The notes below the pieces were generated by a model. It saw only the letters and a program-made list of their open reading frames with translations. It searched no databases and had not been told where the DNA came from. 64,000 nt of DNA, taken from the NCBI RefSeq assembly GCF_000181795.1, contig NW_003526943.1, positions 9,718,849 to 9,782,848 on the forward strand, in the 5' to 3' direction. Source of the DNA: Trichinella spiralis. Taxonomy: Eukaryota. Shown in pieces: positions 63,463 through 64,000 of this stretch; position 1 is the first letter of the stretch, and each line of letters starts with the position of its first letter. Position numbers and translations under genes: made by a program.

Positions 63463-63945
63463 TCAACTTTCAGTACAATTGTTCAATATAGCCTGTTTGA
63501 CTGACTTTGCACAATCGCCTGACTTTGGCACTATGTAACGTTCAACAATGTATGGACCATTTTGGGAGGCATCGTTTTCACAGAAAAACGTGAAAGTTAA
63601 CAATTCCGGAAACATCCGGCCGCTAGTAATTTTATGTATCGAATCCAACGGATGCTTGGCCATGATATAAGCTTCGCCTTTTTTGCACACAGAGACGCGC
63701 AAAACAAGCAAAGCATCTTCTTTCACAACCAAATATCTGAAAAAGAAACGAACAATTTCAAACATTTTCACCATGTTTAAAATTTTTTTTTTCAAATGAC
63801 ACACGTTTCAAAATGCTTTCCATCTTTCTCCACCTGCTGACATTCAAAGTAATTCAGCACGTCAGAATTGTTCAAAACTTCTTCCAGTACAACAATCTCT
63901 TTCTCGGATACACGTTCCCCAAACTCATCGTCACTTTCCTCTTCT
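63463..63945 (-). CDS. TBC1D23: TBC1D23 C-terminal PH-like domain, last two exons (gene starts beyond the window end)
   Basis: KITSGRMFPELLTF and ERYIVPKSGDCAKSVKQAI resemble the TBC1D23 C-terminus (KITS...PELITF, ERYLIPNAGDATKAIKQQI, recalled from memory). Confidence 0.75.
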
Positions 63946-64000
63946 AAAATACACAACAGACAACAATTTGACAAAAAAAATAATTCTAAACAAATAAAAA

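Overview
AT-rich eukaryotic genomic DNA with compact GT-AG spliced genes and short introns. The gene structure and a K02A2.6/Mag-like gag suggest a nematode, plausibly Trichinella-like (inference only). About 16 protein-coding genes are supported, in order: MCAT (partial), NFS1, a secreted CAP+ShKT protein, TRMT5, ASF1, an ING-family PHD protein, a TFPT-like gene, UQCRC2, GID8, liprin-alpha, an EGR zinc-finger factor, a small candidate neuropeptide precursor, an aminergic GPCR, ALG11, BolA3 and TBC1D23 (partial). The most notable observations are: (1) a ~1.5 kb non-autonomous Gypsy/Mag LTR element whose truncated gag is fused in frame to an unrelated ~240-aa helical cargo ORF, possibly captured viral or host sequence; (2) five perfect EGR binding sites inside the EGR gene itself; (3) an unannotated-looking amidated peptide precursor next to an aminergic GPCR that lacks canonical DRY and NPxxY motifs. 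No rRNA, tRNA or CRISPR features were seen. Exon boundaries were read by eye and may be off by a few bases.
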